From the NCBI GenBank assembly GCA_001643675.2, contig LSRY02000011.1:248001-312000 (forward strand): a DNA stretch of 64,000 bases, written 5' to 3'. The notes under the pieces are model-generated. The model was not told the origin of the DNA. It saw nothing but the letters and a program-made list of their open reading frames with translations, and ran no database searches. Every line of letters begins with the position of its first letter. Positions within the stretch are counted from its first letter, which is position 1. The position numbers and the translations under genes were made by a program. Source of the DNA: Monocercomonoides exilis PA203 (taxonomy: Eukaryota > Protista > Preaxostyla). This document shows, in pieces, positions 51,131 to 64,000 of the stretch.

Positions 51131-54100
51131 CTATATGTCTTGACAATTATTTATTGGCGGAAGTCGAATAGGCGCTGGTGGAAAATGTTCAAACTTTCGA
51201 GGATTGCTTTTGCCGTCAGACAAAGTTGGAGTCACTGAGATTGACCGGCGCATTGCCCTGTCTCTCAGTTTCTTCTCCTGTCTTTCCTGCTGCAGCCTGC
51301 TGTAATTCGATCTGAACGGCACAGGAACAATCGGAGGCGGATGGAGATCAGCAAAAGGGAGGAATGCATCAACAGGCGGTGGGGCGTCAATGCTTCTCAG
51401 CAGCGCCTGCATCTTCGAGCGTATCTCTCTCCTCCTTTGAATAACGTCTGCCGGCAGAAAGTCCTCCACTGTCAGCTCAGGCAGCGCAGGAGACGACGGT
51501 GCATCGATCAGATTGATTGAAAGATCTCTCGAAAGCTGCCTCGAATGCTCACTTCGGCTGGTGTCTGACTCTGCCTCGCTGTTCGTATCTCTGCAAGATT
51601 CCTCATCGTTCTCTTTCTTTTCCCCACTGCCTTCTGTTTTGCCTTTTGATTTGTTCTTTCTCTTATGTTTGCTTCCATCCTTTGAGTCGCACTTGTCTTC
51701 ATCAGATGAACATTCATCATTCTCTTTCAAATGCCGATGTCTTTTAACAGAGCACGACTTCAGCGGGGCGTTAGGTGTGATGCTTCTTCTGTATCTGATC
51801 AACTCTTCACGTGCATGTGACACAAGTCTGCCAGCATGACAGTTCAGCGACACACGCAATGGCTGCATCGACGGTACGGGCGTTGAAGCAGCAGAAGAGT
51901 GAAAAGAAGGAGTGGAAGTGCCTGACGGTGAGCGCGAGTAGAGTGCAGACTGAGAAGGAGAATAAGGCGTTGTGAGGAAAGAAGGGGAAAGAGGAGTAAG
52001 GCGCGCAGCAGAGCCAACTGTTTGGGTGAGGAGAGAGACAGATGAGGTGACATGCTTCGAGGTTGATGACTCCGTCTGCAGCGGAGGAAGAACAGTTGGA
52101 CGATTGTTGCTATTGCTGTTTATGTTGCTGTTGATGTTGCTATCAGTGCTGCGATTCACAGAAAGCTGCTTGATTGAATGGGTTGTGGCTGGCTCTTCTC
52201 TGCTATGTGACTCTTCCATTGTTGAATCCTGAGTGAGAAAGACAGACGACTCAGTGCTCTTGCTTGCTCCAGGCTGTGTCAAAGTGCTTCCATCGCTTGC
52301 ATTTCGTGTCATCGACTGTCTGGACAGTGCTCTTATCTTCTCCACCACATCTGTTTTTCCTGCTGTATCCACAAACACTCTCAACTTTGCCTCTTTCTCC
52401 TCTCCTTCAGTCGATGCCTGTGCATCTTTCGATGCTGCTGCTGCAATTTCAGAGGCGCTTTTGCCATTCACTCGCTTCTCCACAACCATCCCTTTCCCAA
52501 AATCTGCCCCAACTGTGTTTTTCCTTCCTGATCGCCTGTTGTACAGCGTCTCCCGCAGTTGATCAAGTATTTCATTCACTCTCTCCTTCACTGACTCCTT
52601 ATAGGGCTCGCTGACTGGCTCAAACAACCAAATCTTCTTCTTCTTCATTTGCAGCTGAGATGCTGATTGCACCAAGCCTGTGAATGTGCTCGACGACGAT
52701 GAGGCCAAAAGTGATTGATCGCTAATCACATTTGCTCCGCTGTTGGCTCCTCCTTCACTTCCTCCTCCTCCGCTTGAACTGCCCTCATCTTTCGTTTGAA
52801 GAAGCTGCAGACCTCTTCTTCCACCACTTGTTGATGCCATCCCCGAAGCAACCGAGCTAATCGTGCTACCAAGTGCTGACACTCTGTCGTTATCTTCCTC
52901 ACTCCCACTCCAGTTGTCTTTCCCTTCTCTTGCACTGTTTCCACTCTCCTGCTGCTGCTTGGCCCTTCCACTGAATCTAGACATCGCCTTCAATGCTTCT
53001 GTTGCCTGGACAATTCGTGCTGCTGCTCGCAGCTGAGCTGCACCCCCCAAATATCTCGTTGGTGCTTCTCCATCGTCCTCTGTCACTCTTCTCCTTGCTG
53101 TTGATAGTGCACCTCTGCTGCGTGTTGTGAAACTTTGCTGTACTTCATTCTGCTCATCCACATCCAAATAACCAAAATATGCGTCATCTGCGTAAAACGT
53201 AAAGTCCCATCCGTCTGTGATGCTTTTACTCTCATTGCTCTCACCATCATTCTCCATGCTTCCACCAACACTACCAATAGATCCAGCTCCCATTCCCATT
53301 GCACCACTTGCACCAACTGCACCAATTAAACCTCCTCCTCCGCCTCTTCCGCCACCTGCACCACTTCCACTATTAGCTCCTCCACCGCCTCGTGCGTCTC
53401 TTCTCTTGCTCTCTTTCTCCTTCAGCTTTGCTTTCCCTTCTTTGCTCTGCCCAAACCCAGCTGCCCTTTCCACCAAGCGCTTCGGGTTTCCCCACCCAAA
53501 CGTCTCCTTTGGATCAGGCAGCTCCACACACCCTGCAAGTGAGTGAATCTTCCCAACACACACAGCACATCTTGCTGTTGGCAGAGGCTCACCACTCCGA
53601 GGCATCAGCGACGGGACAAACGCCGAAGACTTCTGAGGCAGCCGCGCAAATGAGCGCTGCGCCATCGAAGGGGCACGGGAAATGCGGGAATATGCAGACA
53701 TCTGCGATCTGGGTGAGAAGTTCGACTGAGACGTGATTGAATGGACAGAGGCTGTTGTGGCTGTAGGCGATGTGGCAACACCTGAAGAGCCAGTTGGCGA
53801 CAAAAGATTTCCACCTGAGACAGAGCCAGAACCAGAATTAGAAGCAGAGGCAGAAGATGCACCAGAAAAGCGAATGAATGTGGGGATGCCTGAATCTGGC
53901 TTGTTGCTGTCGAAGAATCCCCTCAGCGACCACAGACAGAGCGTGCCGTCGAGCGAGGCAGTGAGGACGACTTCGTTGAGAGGGATGTATTGGATGGCTG
54001 TGATCGTGTCGCGGTGAGCGCGCCAGCGCCCAACAAGCAGTAGAAGATCGCGTTTCCTCTTCGGAATGTTTGGTGATTGGAGTGGTGTAAAGTGCACAAT

Positions 54101-57100
54101 GATGTTTGCTCCTTCGCCGTCGTGCCCTTTCCTCCCTTCGTCGCTACTGCCTCCCCCGATGCTTCCTCCATCGTCTTCCTCTTTCGCTGCTTTCTCCTTC
54201 AGCTCCTCCGCAACAGTCTTCATCCCAAGCTGCAGAATCAGTGCAGCTAAGTTGTACACTGTGACGAATCCCTGGTCATCCCCCACAATCAACAAGTGCC
54301 CTATCTTCTTCAGCTTCGGGTTGCCTTCCACAGAATCCAAAGATGCGCTGCCAGAAGATGACGACATCTGACATGAGTGTGTGGAAAGAGGCGATTGAGG
54401 AGTGGTTTGGCGGGGGCTCCGATAGTTTCTGTCAGCAGACATTCCTGAAGAGGCTCTGTTATTCGCATCAGACTGCATCTGGCCTTCATATGTAGCATTG
54501 TTGTTTTCAAACTCATCTTCTTCCTCCTCCTCTTCCTCATCTGTATCATAATAATCATATTCATCTGATGATCTTCCTTCGCTCGTTGCCTCATCTGAAT
54601 CTGAGAGAGCAGCCAGCGCCTCTTCCAGCGTCGGCATCTTCCCTCTTTTCCTCACTTTCACTTTCTCCTTCTCTTCTTCTGTGCTGTCGCTGTCACTCCC
54701 ATCCTCACTCTCGTTGCTGCTCCCAGCTGTTCCGCTCCTCTGTGTCTCAGCTTCATTCGAATTCGATCTGTTTCGATGCGACCTCCGCGTAGATTTCTGA
54801 ATTTTCTTCTGTTCTTCTCCATCTTCTCCTTCAGCAAGCTCACCTTCTGCTCCCTTTTTCCTTTTCGCTTTGGACTTTTTCTTCAGACGGAAGCCTTCGA
54901 CGAAGCACAGCCGAGAAATCCCAACTGTTTGTGGCTTGATGTCATCTGCTGTTTTGTCCTTCTCCTTCTCATTTTGTTTGTCCTTTTCGTTTCCTTTCTC
55001 CTTCTCGCTCTGTCCAGAACGTGTGGCATTTCCTTCCTTCTTCTTCTCTTCTGCTGCTTCAGCCGCCGCCAGCGAAGAAGATGCCAGCGACTCCAGCGAA
55101 GCAAACACCGCCGGATAAAAATCGACATTCGGAAACTTCGCCACAATTGTTCTCGATGAGCAGGGCTTACACGACCACAGCTGGATGTTGCCAGACGCAT
55201 CGCCCGAAGCAACAAGCGGATAACCTCCCAGAAAGCACAGCGCCTGCACTTCGTCTGCTGCTGTGAATTGTGCTGTCTGCTGCGTCGACACGGCATCGAA
55301 GAGGCGGATGGTGCCATCGGAGGAGCCTGTGGCCACGTGGGCGATGGTGTCAGCAGGAGAAATGGCGAGGCAGTTGATGTCTCCGCTCAGCGGATTAAGG
55401 TGCCTCACGACTTCTTCTGTGTCCGACGCCAGCACCGCCTGCCGCTCCCACGACGTGGACATGCACATTCCAGTGTAGTCGACATAGCCAATCGCTGTAA
55501 TGGGTACGGTGTCATCTCCTTCAGCCTCAGGAAGCTTGGCAGATGGATTTGAAGAGGGATTGGCAGAGAGATTGGAGGATGGGTTAGTAGGTTGTTGTGA
55601 CTGTTGAGGGCGGGCAGGCGATGAGAGTGGAGAAGACTTCACAGGCGACGAAGAAGGCGAAGGCGAAGGCGAAGGAGAAGGCAAAGGAGAAGATGATGGT
55701 GCAGTTTTGGGAGTTGAAGGTGATTGAGTGGGATCAGAGAAAGAAGAGGACAGTGTCATTGACAAATGTGAATCGCGTGATGGAGATTGCTTTTGAGGAG
55801 AATGAATGGTCGACATCATATTCATTGAACTCTGCGTCTTATTAAGCATCGCCTCTGCATTCTCCTTTGCTTGTTTTTTGTCATTCGCCAAATCGTTTTT
55901 CTCGTTTTCCTTTGCTTGCCCTGCTGTTTGTGCCAATTCTGCCCCTATCTGATTGATCTGCCCAGCAATGCTCTTCATTTCCTGTGCTCCTCCTGTCTTC
56001 GGCTGTGGTGTATGCTTCTCCAGCTCCACCATCAGCGCTCCGTTGTTGAACTTGTACACCCCAACCTCTCCTTCTGCATTCCCCACATACAACTTCCGCT
56101 GCCTCCCATCCAGCGCAATCGCTGTGATCAGCGTGGCCATCTCATACTCTCCATTCTGCTTTCCACTGTACGCATCAAACAACCGTACGTTTCTGTCCAC
56201 GGCACATGCAAATGTGGCAGATAGCTCGTTGTAGAAGGCGCCACGAATTGGCTGAATGATGATTTATCAGAAATTAAATTGTTTAGATAAAAAAAAAGAA
56301 ACAACATCAATAATATTAAACATGATAAACATGATTATATTAATAGATCTTGTAAAAAATATCAAATGATATATATTCAAACCCTTGCCTTTGTTGCCTT
56401 TTTCCCTGTCATTTCCGTTGCCTTGTGCTGAGCAAGTGAGTGTCTCAATGATTCTGCCTGCGTTCTCCCTAACATCGCAGCCAATGACTTCCCATTCATC
56501 GGCGCTTTCTGTTTAGGCTGTCTATACACAGACATCATCTCCCTCGAGTTGTCCCTCAGATTTGGCGGTATTTCTCCATTGAGCGGCATCTGATACCCTC
56601 CCTTTGCCAATCTTCTCCTCTCCAACGCAAGCGCCGTCCGCGCCATCTCGGCTGCATGCGACTTCTTCTGCTTGATGGAGCCATGCTCACTGCCAATCTT
56701 CATCTTCCCTCCGAGTGGCTTTCCTGCGGTAGAGGATGTGCCAAGCGTCTCACTCAGAAAGGCTGCGGAAGAAGACGGGTCGTCTGCAGCCATCTGCTCC
56801 AGCACTGTCCGCGCATCAGCCTCGTCATCGTCATCGTCTTCGTCTTCTTTCTCGTCACTCGCCAAGTCGCCTTTCTTCTTCGTCACGTAGAAGTCGTAAA
56901 AATATAGCTTTCTCCCACCGCTTGCAATAAGCCTCGAGTTGAGGGTGTCGCAGAGGACAAATGCTGAGCACTCTCTGAGTGTGGATGTGCTGCTGGTCAC
57001 GACTGCCATCGCGTGCTGGATCGTCTTCATCGCCTGGCTGTGTGCCTTGTTGCGCGAGAGAGACTCAGAACGGGTGGACGAGGCAGAAGAGCTGAAGAGC

Positions 57101-59161
57101 GGGTTCTCGACAGTGTTGCTAAGGTCGATGGAGAGCGACTGGATGAGCACGCTGCTCTTCAGGTCCCACATTTTGATGCCTCCGTCTGCACTGAGGGTGA
57201 CAATCTCGTTCGTGTTTCCAATGGCTGCTATCCCACAGATGATGCCCTTGTGCCCCCGGAGAGAAAACGAGTAGAGGTTGCGTGTGACGAGCGGGTTCCA
57301 CACGTGGATAGCGCAGTCGGCCCCGCCGCTCACCATCAGCTTCATCCGCTCGTGCCAGAACAGACATGTCACTGGGCGTGTGTGCTTCTTCAGCACAAAA
57401 CGCGGCTGCCGCTTCTCCACATCCCACACGATGATTGAGCAGTCGTCAGAGGCAGACGCCATCAGATGGACTGTGCCTGGCAGCTGGATGATCCCCGTGA
57501 TGCCTGCCGTGTGCCCAGGGCAGAACACAGTTTTCTCAGTTTTGGTAGACAAAGGAGACAAAGGGGATAGTGGAGAGAGAGGAGACAAAGTGAAGACAGT
57601 AGAGAGAGGATCGCGAAGGAGTGAATTGTCTGTGCGTGATGGCGAAGTGGAATGGTGACGTGAAGACGAGTCGGCTGAGCTGGACGAATTGCGTGCAGGC
57701 GATGGTGAAATGGAGCGCCTCATGCGATTGGCTGAAGAAGAAGAAGAAGAAGAAGAGTCATTTGGAGGAAGAGGAGGAAGAGTGACTCTGTTTGAAGCAT
57801 TCCTTCCTATGCGACTTGGAGAGACTCGCCTCTGGTGAGATGCGATGATAGAAGAACGCAGCTCTTCAGCCGCTGCATCGAATTGAGAGGATGAAGTGTT
57901 TTTCAATGCGCCTGTGCGGGATGAAATGTTTGAAGTGCCTGAAATGTTGGAGATGGTTTGAATGGAGCTGAGGGATGAAGTGAGTGCAGTGGTGGATGCT
58001 GAATGGCTTGACGATGCTTTGGAAGGCGCCTCGTAATGCGCCTCTCGCAACACCCCCTTTTTCAAGAGCTCAAACTTCTCGTCCGTTCTGATTGACCAGA
58101 TTGTCAGTCTTCCATTCAGCCCTCCGGAAAAAAGCAGCTTGTGGACATTGTCCCAGAAAAGATATGTCTGGGCAACTGGATCCTCCTAAATCCCGTGCAA
58201 AAAAAGAAAAACAAAATAATTAATGCAAAATACAACAAAAGTTAATGCTTAGAATGAATACTGACTGCAATAGTCATACTCTTTCTGTTGAAGTTGTTGT
58301 GAAATATATGCAGTTTCCTTTCTCTTCATCCCACACAACAATTGTGCGATCAAGTGAAGAAGTAATGAAAATGTGGTGAAGCGGAATATATACAAGCGAA
58401 GTTACACATCCAGTGTGACCTCTTAAAGTTTGAAGAAGCTCCCCAGTCTGCAAATGAAAATCAAATTTGGAGAAAAAACGAAATCATTTCAAAATATTTC
58501 AGGAAAAAATTTATTAATGCAATTCAAACAATTGGATCGACTACAATTACGTTATTTGTGTGCTCTTCTGAACAAAATACGCGCTGAATTGATGGGAAAA
58601 ATCGCATATTCAAGATTGAATCCGTGAGTTGAACATCTGCGACATGATGAAACTAAAAACAAACAAAAATACACTATAAGAAATATATTTAACAGAAAAG
58701 TCTTACCGTGCTATGCGACTTTCTGTCTGTTTGTACTGCTAAAGAGGATTCGATGATAAACGATGTGAATTCCTTTTAAAAAAATAACAATTTTAAATAA
58801 ATAAAGATTTAGCACAAAATGCAATATAAGTTACGCATCTTTTTGATACCTCCCATTCCATCCCTCCATCTCCATTTACGTCAATTTCTTCAAACAAATT
58901 TACGAGATTTTCCACAAATTTTTCATCAAAATAACTTTCTGGTAAATGCTCCTCCATCAAATCAACAAACTGAAATAATTTAAAAGGATAATTGTAAAAT
59001 AAAAAACAAAGTGCTCATACATCGGCCATGTGAATTTCTTTTTCTTCAAATTGCTCTTTAAGACGATATAAATCTTCATTGCTCAAGCTCATCATGAGAT
59101 TCATTGCAAAAAATTGTTGTTCACGTCCGCATTTTTTAACTTCCTCTGTTTCTTCTTCCAT
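51131..59161 (-). CDS. EF-hand plus WD40-repeat protein (WDR49/WDR64/EFCAB8-like) with large low-complexity insertions
   Basis: N-terminal LFEEIDVNGDGGMEWE|EFTSFII EF-hand and many WD40 units (GHTGCVTSL..SSLDRTIVVWD; GHTAGITG..SASDDCSIIVWD; GHKGII..DGGIKMWD; AHRDTITAI..ASLDGTLCLWS); stop TAG at 51131. Confidence 0.88.
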
Positions 59162-60225
59162 ACGGTATAAAAGGAGATTTACAGAGGAGGGTGTTAACAA
59201 AAATTAATAATATGGGTAACAAAAAGTGGTTTTCTTCGAAACATTAAAACAAATTATAATAAAATTTTATCCAACAATTGAAAGGACACCTTCAATTCGA
59301 AAAAAAGAAGATCCTGAACTCTTATCGTTCATTGAAAAAACAGTATTTTGATTTGATAACTCATAATTATTTTAAACAAACGACTTAAAATTGTTTTTAT
59401 ACAAATAAAAAAAATCCAATCTCAGAAGGTTCACATATTTTAAGTAATGTCTTGTTATTTTCTTTTGAAAAAATTTAACGGGAAACGAAAAAAAATCAAA
59501 GAAACAAATTTTTGATTAAATTCATTAAAAATACTTAATTTGTAACTAGTTTATAGCGAAACACAAAACAAAAAATTCAATATTACAAATAGTGCTATAA
59601 AAAGTATTCAACGTTATTGGAAACAATACATATAAGAAAGAAATATGCAATTTTAACGAGTGATTATATAAAGAGAAATAATGGATAATTTAAGCTAAAA
59701 AAACGAAAAACTAAATTACAGGGTTGATAAACACAAAAAAATGAATAAATAAAAATAATAACAAAAAGATTCAATCAAACGTCAAATAAAAAACGAAGCA
59801 TTGTATAAAATCCTTCGCATAAAATTTTTTTTCTTTCAGTTGCCACAAAAAAAATGCAGTTGCTGTCAGATTTCCCCGTTCGTCCAATGTCCATTTCAAA
59901 TTTCATGTCATTTTCAAACATTTGACCTCAGAGCATTCACAGCAGCAATAAATCAGTTAAAAAAATTAAGATGCTAAAAAATTCCTCAAAAGCAACTCCG
60001 CAAAGGATTTGGTGCTTCAAAACAAACAGGAAAGATATGCATCGTTGCATCAAACACAACGAAATCAAAGATCAAATTAAGAAAGAAAAAGAAAGAAAGA
60101 AAAAGAAAGAAAGAAAAAGAAAGAAATAAAGAAAGAAAGAAGTTAAATTAAAGATTGACAGAGAGAAGAGAAAAGAGAGTAAGAGAAAGGAAAGGAAACA
60201 CATGAAAATCAGCCGAGACTCACAA

Positions 60226-62508
60226 TCACTTCATCAGCGAACTTTCGCTTTTCCCTTCAAACGCAACAGAATCCAATGCATTTTGTGCTTCAGATGGCAA
60301 ATATTGCATAGAAATATCCTTTTCATCGCCAAGTGTTGCTTTTTCAATCGCACTCTCCACTTCATTGCGTATCTGCTTGTCTCTCTCTTCTCTCTGCCTC
60401 TTCTTCTTCTTCTGTGCCACGTCTGGCGGAAGAGGAGGCAGCGGAGAAGAAGACGAGGCAAATGGCGATGAATGCAATGGAGACATTGAGCGAGCAGAAG
60501 ATCGAGAAATGTTATTAGGAATAGACTGATGGGGCGAATGAGATGGGTGAGACTGACTGGAAGAGTGGTGATGAGAGCTAATTTGTGGCATTGAGGCTAA
60601 TTCTAATTGTTGGTTGAACATCGCATATGATGATGATGATGATGATGAAGTGGAAGGGGAGGAGGAAGGAGGAGAAGAAGAATGCGAAGGAGGAGGACGA
60701 GGACGAGGAGGAGGAGAAGAAGAAGGAGAGGAAGAAGAAGCTGTTGTATTTGAATGAGAAAGTTGCTGAGGATGCTGCTGAGCAGACTGAAGAGGAAGAG
60801 AATAAACGCTCTCAGTCATCTTCAAATTGTTAGCATTGCCAGACGAAGAAGCACGAGAAGGCATAACTTGTGGCTGAGGTGTGATTTTAGAGGCAGAAGG
60901 AGAAAGAGATGAAGAAATCGGTTTGTGTGTGAGATGACTGTCATTGTTTCCTATTTGTGAATGCTGCTGAGTTTGAAGAGAGTCTTCAGTGAGCATTTGG
61001 AAGGAAGAAGAAGAAGAAGAAGAGGTGGAGGGAGAGGAAGAAGAAGAGAAATGCTGCTGTTGAAGAGGTCGAATGAATATTTCCTGCTGGTTGGAGACGA
61101 GTTGGATGGAAGAAAGAAGCGAAGGGGGTGAAGTGGTTGACTGAGACAGGAGCTTATCTGACGACACATCAGAAGACGAAGACGCTAAGGAAAAGGCTTC
61201 TGGTGCTTCGGCATTCAGATGAAGTGAGTTTATGTCTGAATATGGAGGATATGGAGGATAAGGAGGATGAGGAGGATGGGGAGGGTGAGGAGGATGAAGA
61301 AGGGAAGGAGGATAAGGCGGAGGAGGTGCAGATGAAATGCCGCTTGAGGAAAAGCCCAAAGACAGAGGAGTTGTTGAAGAATTCATGCCATACACTTTGT
61401 CTGTGCTCTTCCCAAGCCAGTTGTTCGGATCGATGTTGAGTGGATTTGACACCATTTGCTGTGAAGATTGGAGCAAGCGGTTGCGCCGAGAGGTGTGATG
61501 CATAATCCTGAAGAGCAGAAGCAGCATCGTAGCAGAATACGAAAATAAAATAAAATAAAATAAAATAAAATAAAAATAATTATTTTTCAAAGAAAGAACA
61601 GTCACAAAAAAATTTTTTATGTTTCAGTGTATCAAATGCACATACATGTCATTAACTGTCGCAACAAATAACTGAACATCTTCAGTTGAAAATCGAGTAT
61701 TTATCAGTATTGGAGATTGACCTGTACTAAAAACAATACGAAATTTGGACTTTCCTGGATGAGAACTAAAATACACATTAAAATAAAATAAAATATTAGA
61801 AATTAATATCATTGTTCCAATCACTTTTCTTTTAAAAATTATAATTCCAACAAACAGCCTTTCTGGAGAACGTCTGTATGAAGAGCCATATCTAAAAAAA
61901 TGAAGGCAAAAAGATTTTAATACATAAAATGAAATTGTATCTTCAAACATAATTTCTAGTGCTTCAATTTCATTCAATGAATAGTCAACGCTCTGTCATT
62001 CATAGGTAAAAGAAGGAAGAAAAGAAAGATAAAGAAGTCATTAATAAATGAAATAATGCAAACGTTTTCAACTGCGCAGAACAATTTAGCAAAACAAGAT
62101 GGTTTTTTGACAATGCGAATACATGACTGGCTTCTTTCAAAAGATATTATAGTTGTACTCGATGTATACAACATCACAGCCTTTTTAAAAAAAAACACTA
62201 AGTTTTATAAAAGCTTAATAGATTTTACACACAAGAACAATATCAATGGCGAAGGCGAAGGCAAAAAACCCCTAAACAAACAAATCAAAAATAAAAAAAA
62301 TTCAAAAAGCATACAACAATCGACCAAGTGTTGGCAATAATGCATATCAAAGCAAAAATTGGTATTTCCAGAAAAAATATTATTAGTGAAACAATACACG
62401 GAACACAGTTCGTTGCATCTTTCATTCGCAAAACAAGGGAAAGAAATTCAATTCACCAAAGAAAAAAATATGCATCATACGTTTTAGTACAGGATCGCCC
62501 ATTTTCAT
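60226..62508 (-). CDS. Two-TM membrane protein with a PH-like cytosolic domain and a long S/P/H-rich tail (about 8 exons)
   Basis: Phase-compatible exons give MKMGDPVLKHATNCVPCIVSLIIFFLEIPIFALICIIANTWSIV|GFFAFAFAIDIVL|AVMLYTSSTTIISFERSQSCIRIVKK..|SVDYSLNEIEALEII|YGSSYRRSPERL|SHPGKSKFRIVFSTGQSPILINTRFSTEDVQLFVATVNDM|IMHH.., followed by a 1.3-kb terminal exon. Confidence 0.7.
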
Positions 62509-62917
62509 GTGTTCTCTCTGACTTCACAAAGGAAGTACAGATGAAACAAATCTGTACAAATTGTTGATGTCTCTATGGGATTCGATCATTAATTTCTAAA
62601 AAGATTCTGTTTTTCAAATATATAATCGTTTCACAAATGAATAACCTAATTCAATTGCAAAAGGAAGATAAACGTCATCTTTTTAATAAAATGACAAAAG
62701 CTCCAATTGAGAAATGAATGAAGGAATAAAACATAATAATGAGTTGAATATATAAAAGAAATTTTTTTTATAGATTTCTAATATTTTGTGCGAAAATTCT
62801 ATAAAAATCTCACTGAAAAGATTTTGAACAATTAAAATATTATACCCTTTAAAAATATAAAATTGTGCCGTTCGTTTTAAATATTGAGAATTAAATATTG
62901 AAAACACATGTTTTGGA

Positions 62918-64000
62918 ATGAAGGTCACATTTAAGGTTATTGGAAAGGATACAGCTCAAATGGACGTTGCTCCAGAAGACACAATTTTGATTATCAAACA
63001 TCGACTTGAACTTATGATTGATGCAAAAGCTTCTCACCAAACTTTTATTTTCAAAGGACGAATTTTGGAAAATGAATCACGAATCGAGAATTGTGGACTT
63101 GTTTGATTTGTGCATTTTCATTTATATTTCTCTAATTCAAATATTCAGGTGGAAAGATCAATTATCATCGTGAGGGTGAAAGATGTTTGTAAATTATTTC
63201 ATTATCTTTTTTTCATATTTCTTACAACAACCAGCCCAACTACACTCCTCCTGAAGAAGGAATCGTTCTGGATCCTCTTGGAATTGGAGAGACAGATTAT
63301 ACTTCAAAAACGTTTGAATATTTTGTAAATTACATTTTTAATAGATAAGTTGCTATTAAAGGGACGACGATAAAGAAAAACTTCCTCCCCCTCCTAAAAT
63401 TTTGAAAAAATCAGAAACAAAGGAAGACGAACAGGATCAAGGAAATGCAAATCCCTTTGCACCTGCTTTCCCATTTGGACCATTTCCCTTTGCGAACAGA
63501 CCACAACGAAATATAAGGCCAATGCCAATTTACCAGCCACCTAGGCGTCATCAACAACGCGACCAACCAGTTCTGCAAGATATTTTAAATCTTCCTGAAG
63601 AACGTGAAGTTCAGATTTCTGAGGAAGAATTTGCAAAGCGATTGAAAGAACTTGTTGATGAAATGGGATTTAATCAGAAAGCAGCCACAACAGCATTGAG
63701 AAGTACAAATGGCAACACAGAGGAAGCGATCGATGTGTTAATTACTCAAGCCAGTGTCGGAGTTATTGATAACGTTGAAGACGATCAAGAAGTGAACAAT
63801 GCTGGTGAACGTAACAGAAGAAATAGAGATAAAGCAATCTTTGTGATAATAAATCAAACAGCAGACGAAAATAAAAAGGGAGAAGAGGAGAGGAAAGAAA
63901 AAAAGGAAGAAAAAGAGGAAAAAGAAAAAAACGATGAAAAGGAAGAAAAGGAAGAAAAGCCAGAAAAGTCAGAAAAACCAGAAAAGCCAGAAGCAGATGA
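62918..64000 (+). CDS. UBL-UBA domain protein (Rad23/Dsk2-like architecture; 3' end outside window)
   Basis: Ubiquitin-like N-terminus MKVTFKVIG..QTFIFKGRILEN and UBA LKELVDEMGFNQKAATTALRSTNGNTEEAIDVL (about 63640-63745). Confidence 0.85.

Noticed and set aside
60081-60140. (AAAG/AAAAAG)n run, and (TAAAA)n at about 61546-61575
   Set aside because: Ordinary simple repeats in UTR or intron sequence.

Overview
Eukaryotic genomic DNA: AT-rich, gene-dense and intron-rich, using the standard genetic code (TAA, TAG and TGA all end genes). The short GT(T/A/G)TG..AG introns, poly-Ser/poly-Glu expansions, intronless beta-helix surface-protein gene and flagellate-type WD40/EF-hand gene suggest an oxymonad such as Monocercomonoides (inference only). 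About 18 protein genes and one tRNA-Lys(CUU) are supported. Recognisable products: Vps45-type SM protein, V-ATPase subunit a, a Qa syntaxin, membrin/Bos1, a SerA-like dehydrogenase, TMEM120, an EF-hand/WD40 protein and a UBL-UBA protein; several large proteins are unidentified. Two things stand out. (1) Two gene-free islands (about 9.7-12.2 kb and 46.4-49.2 kb) hold four long inverted repeats of differing divergence, with arms of 183 bp (1 mismatch), 116 bp (3 mismatches), about 234 bp and about 63 bp, and no target-site duplications that I could find. They are candidate hairpin-RNA/small-RNA loci or foldback elements. (2) One spliced gene fuses RI-type leucine-rich repeats to an XK/Xkr scramblase-family membrane domain. 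Exon structures were traced by eye and are provisional.
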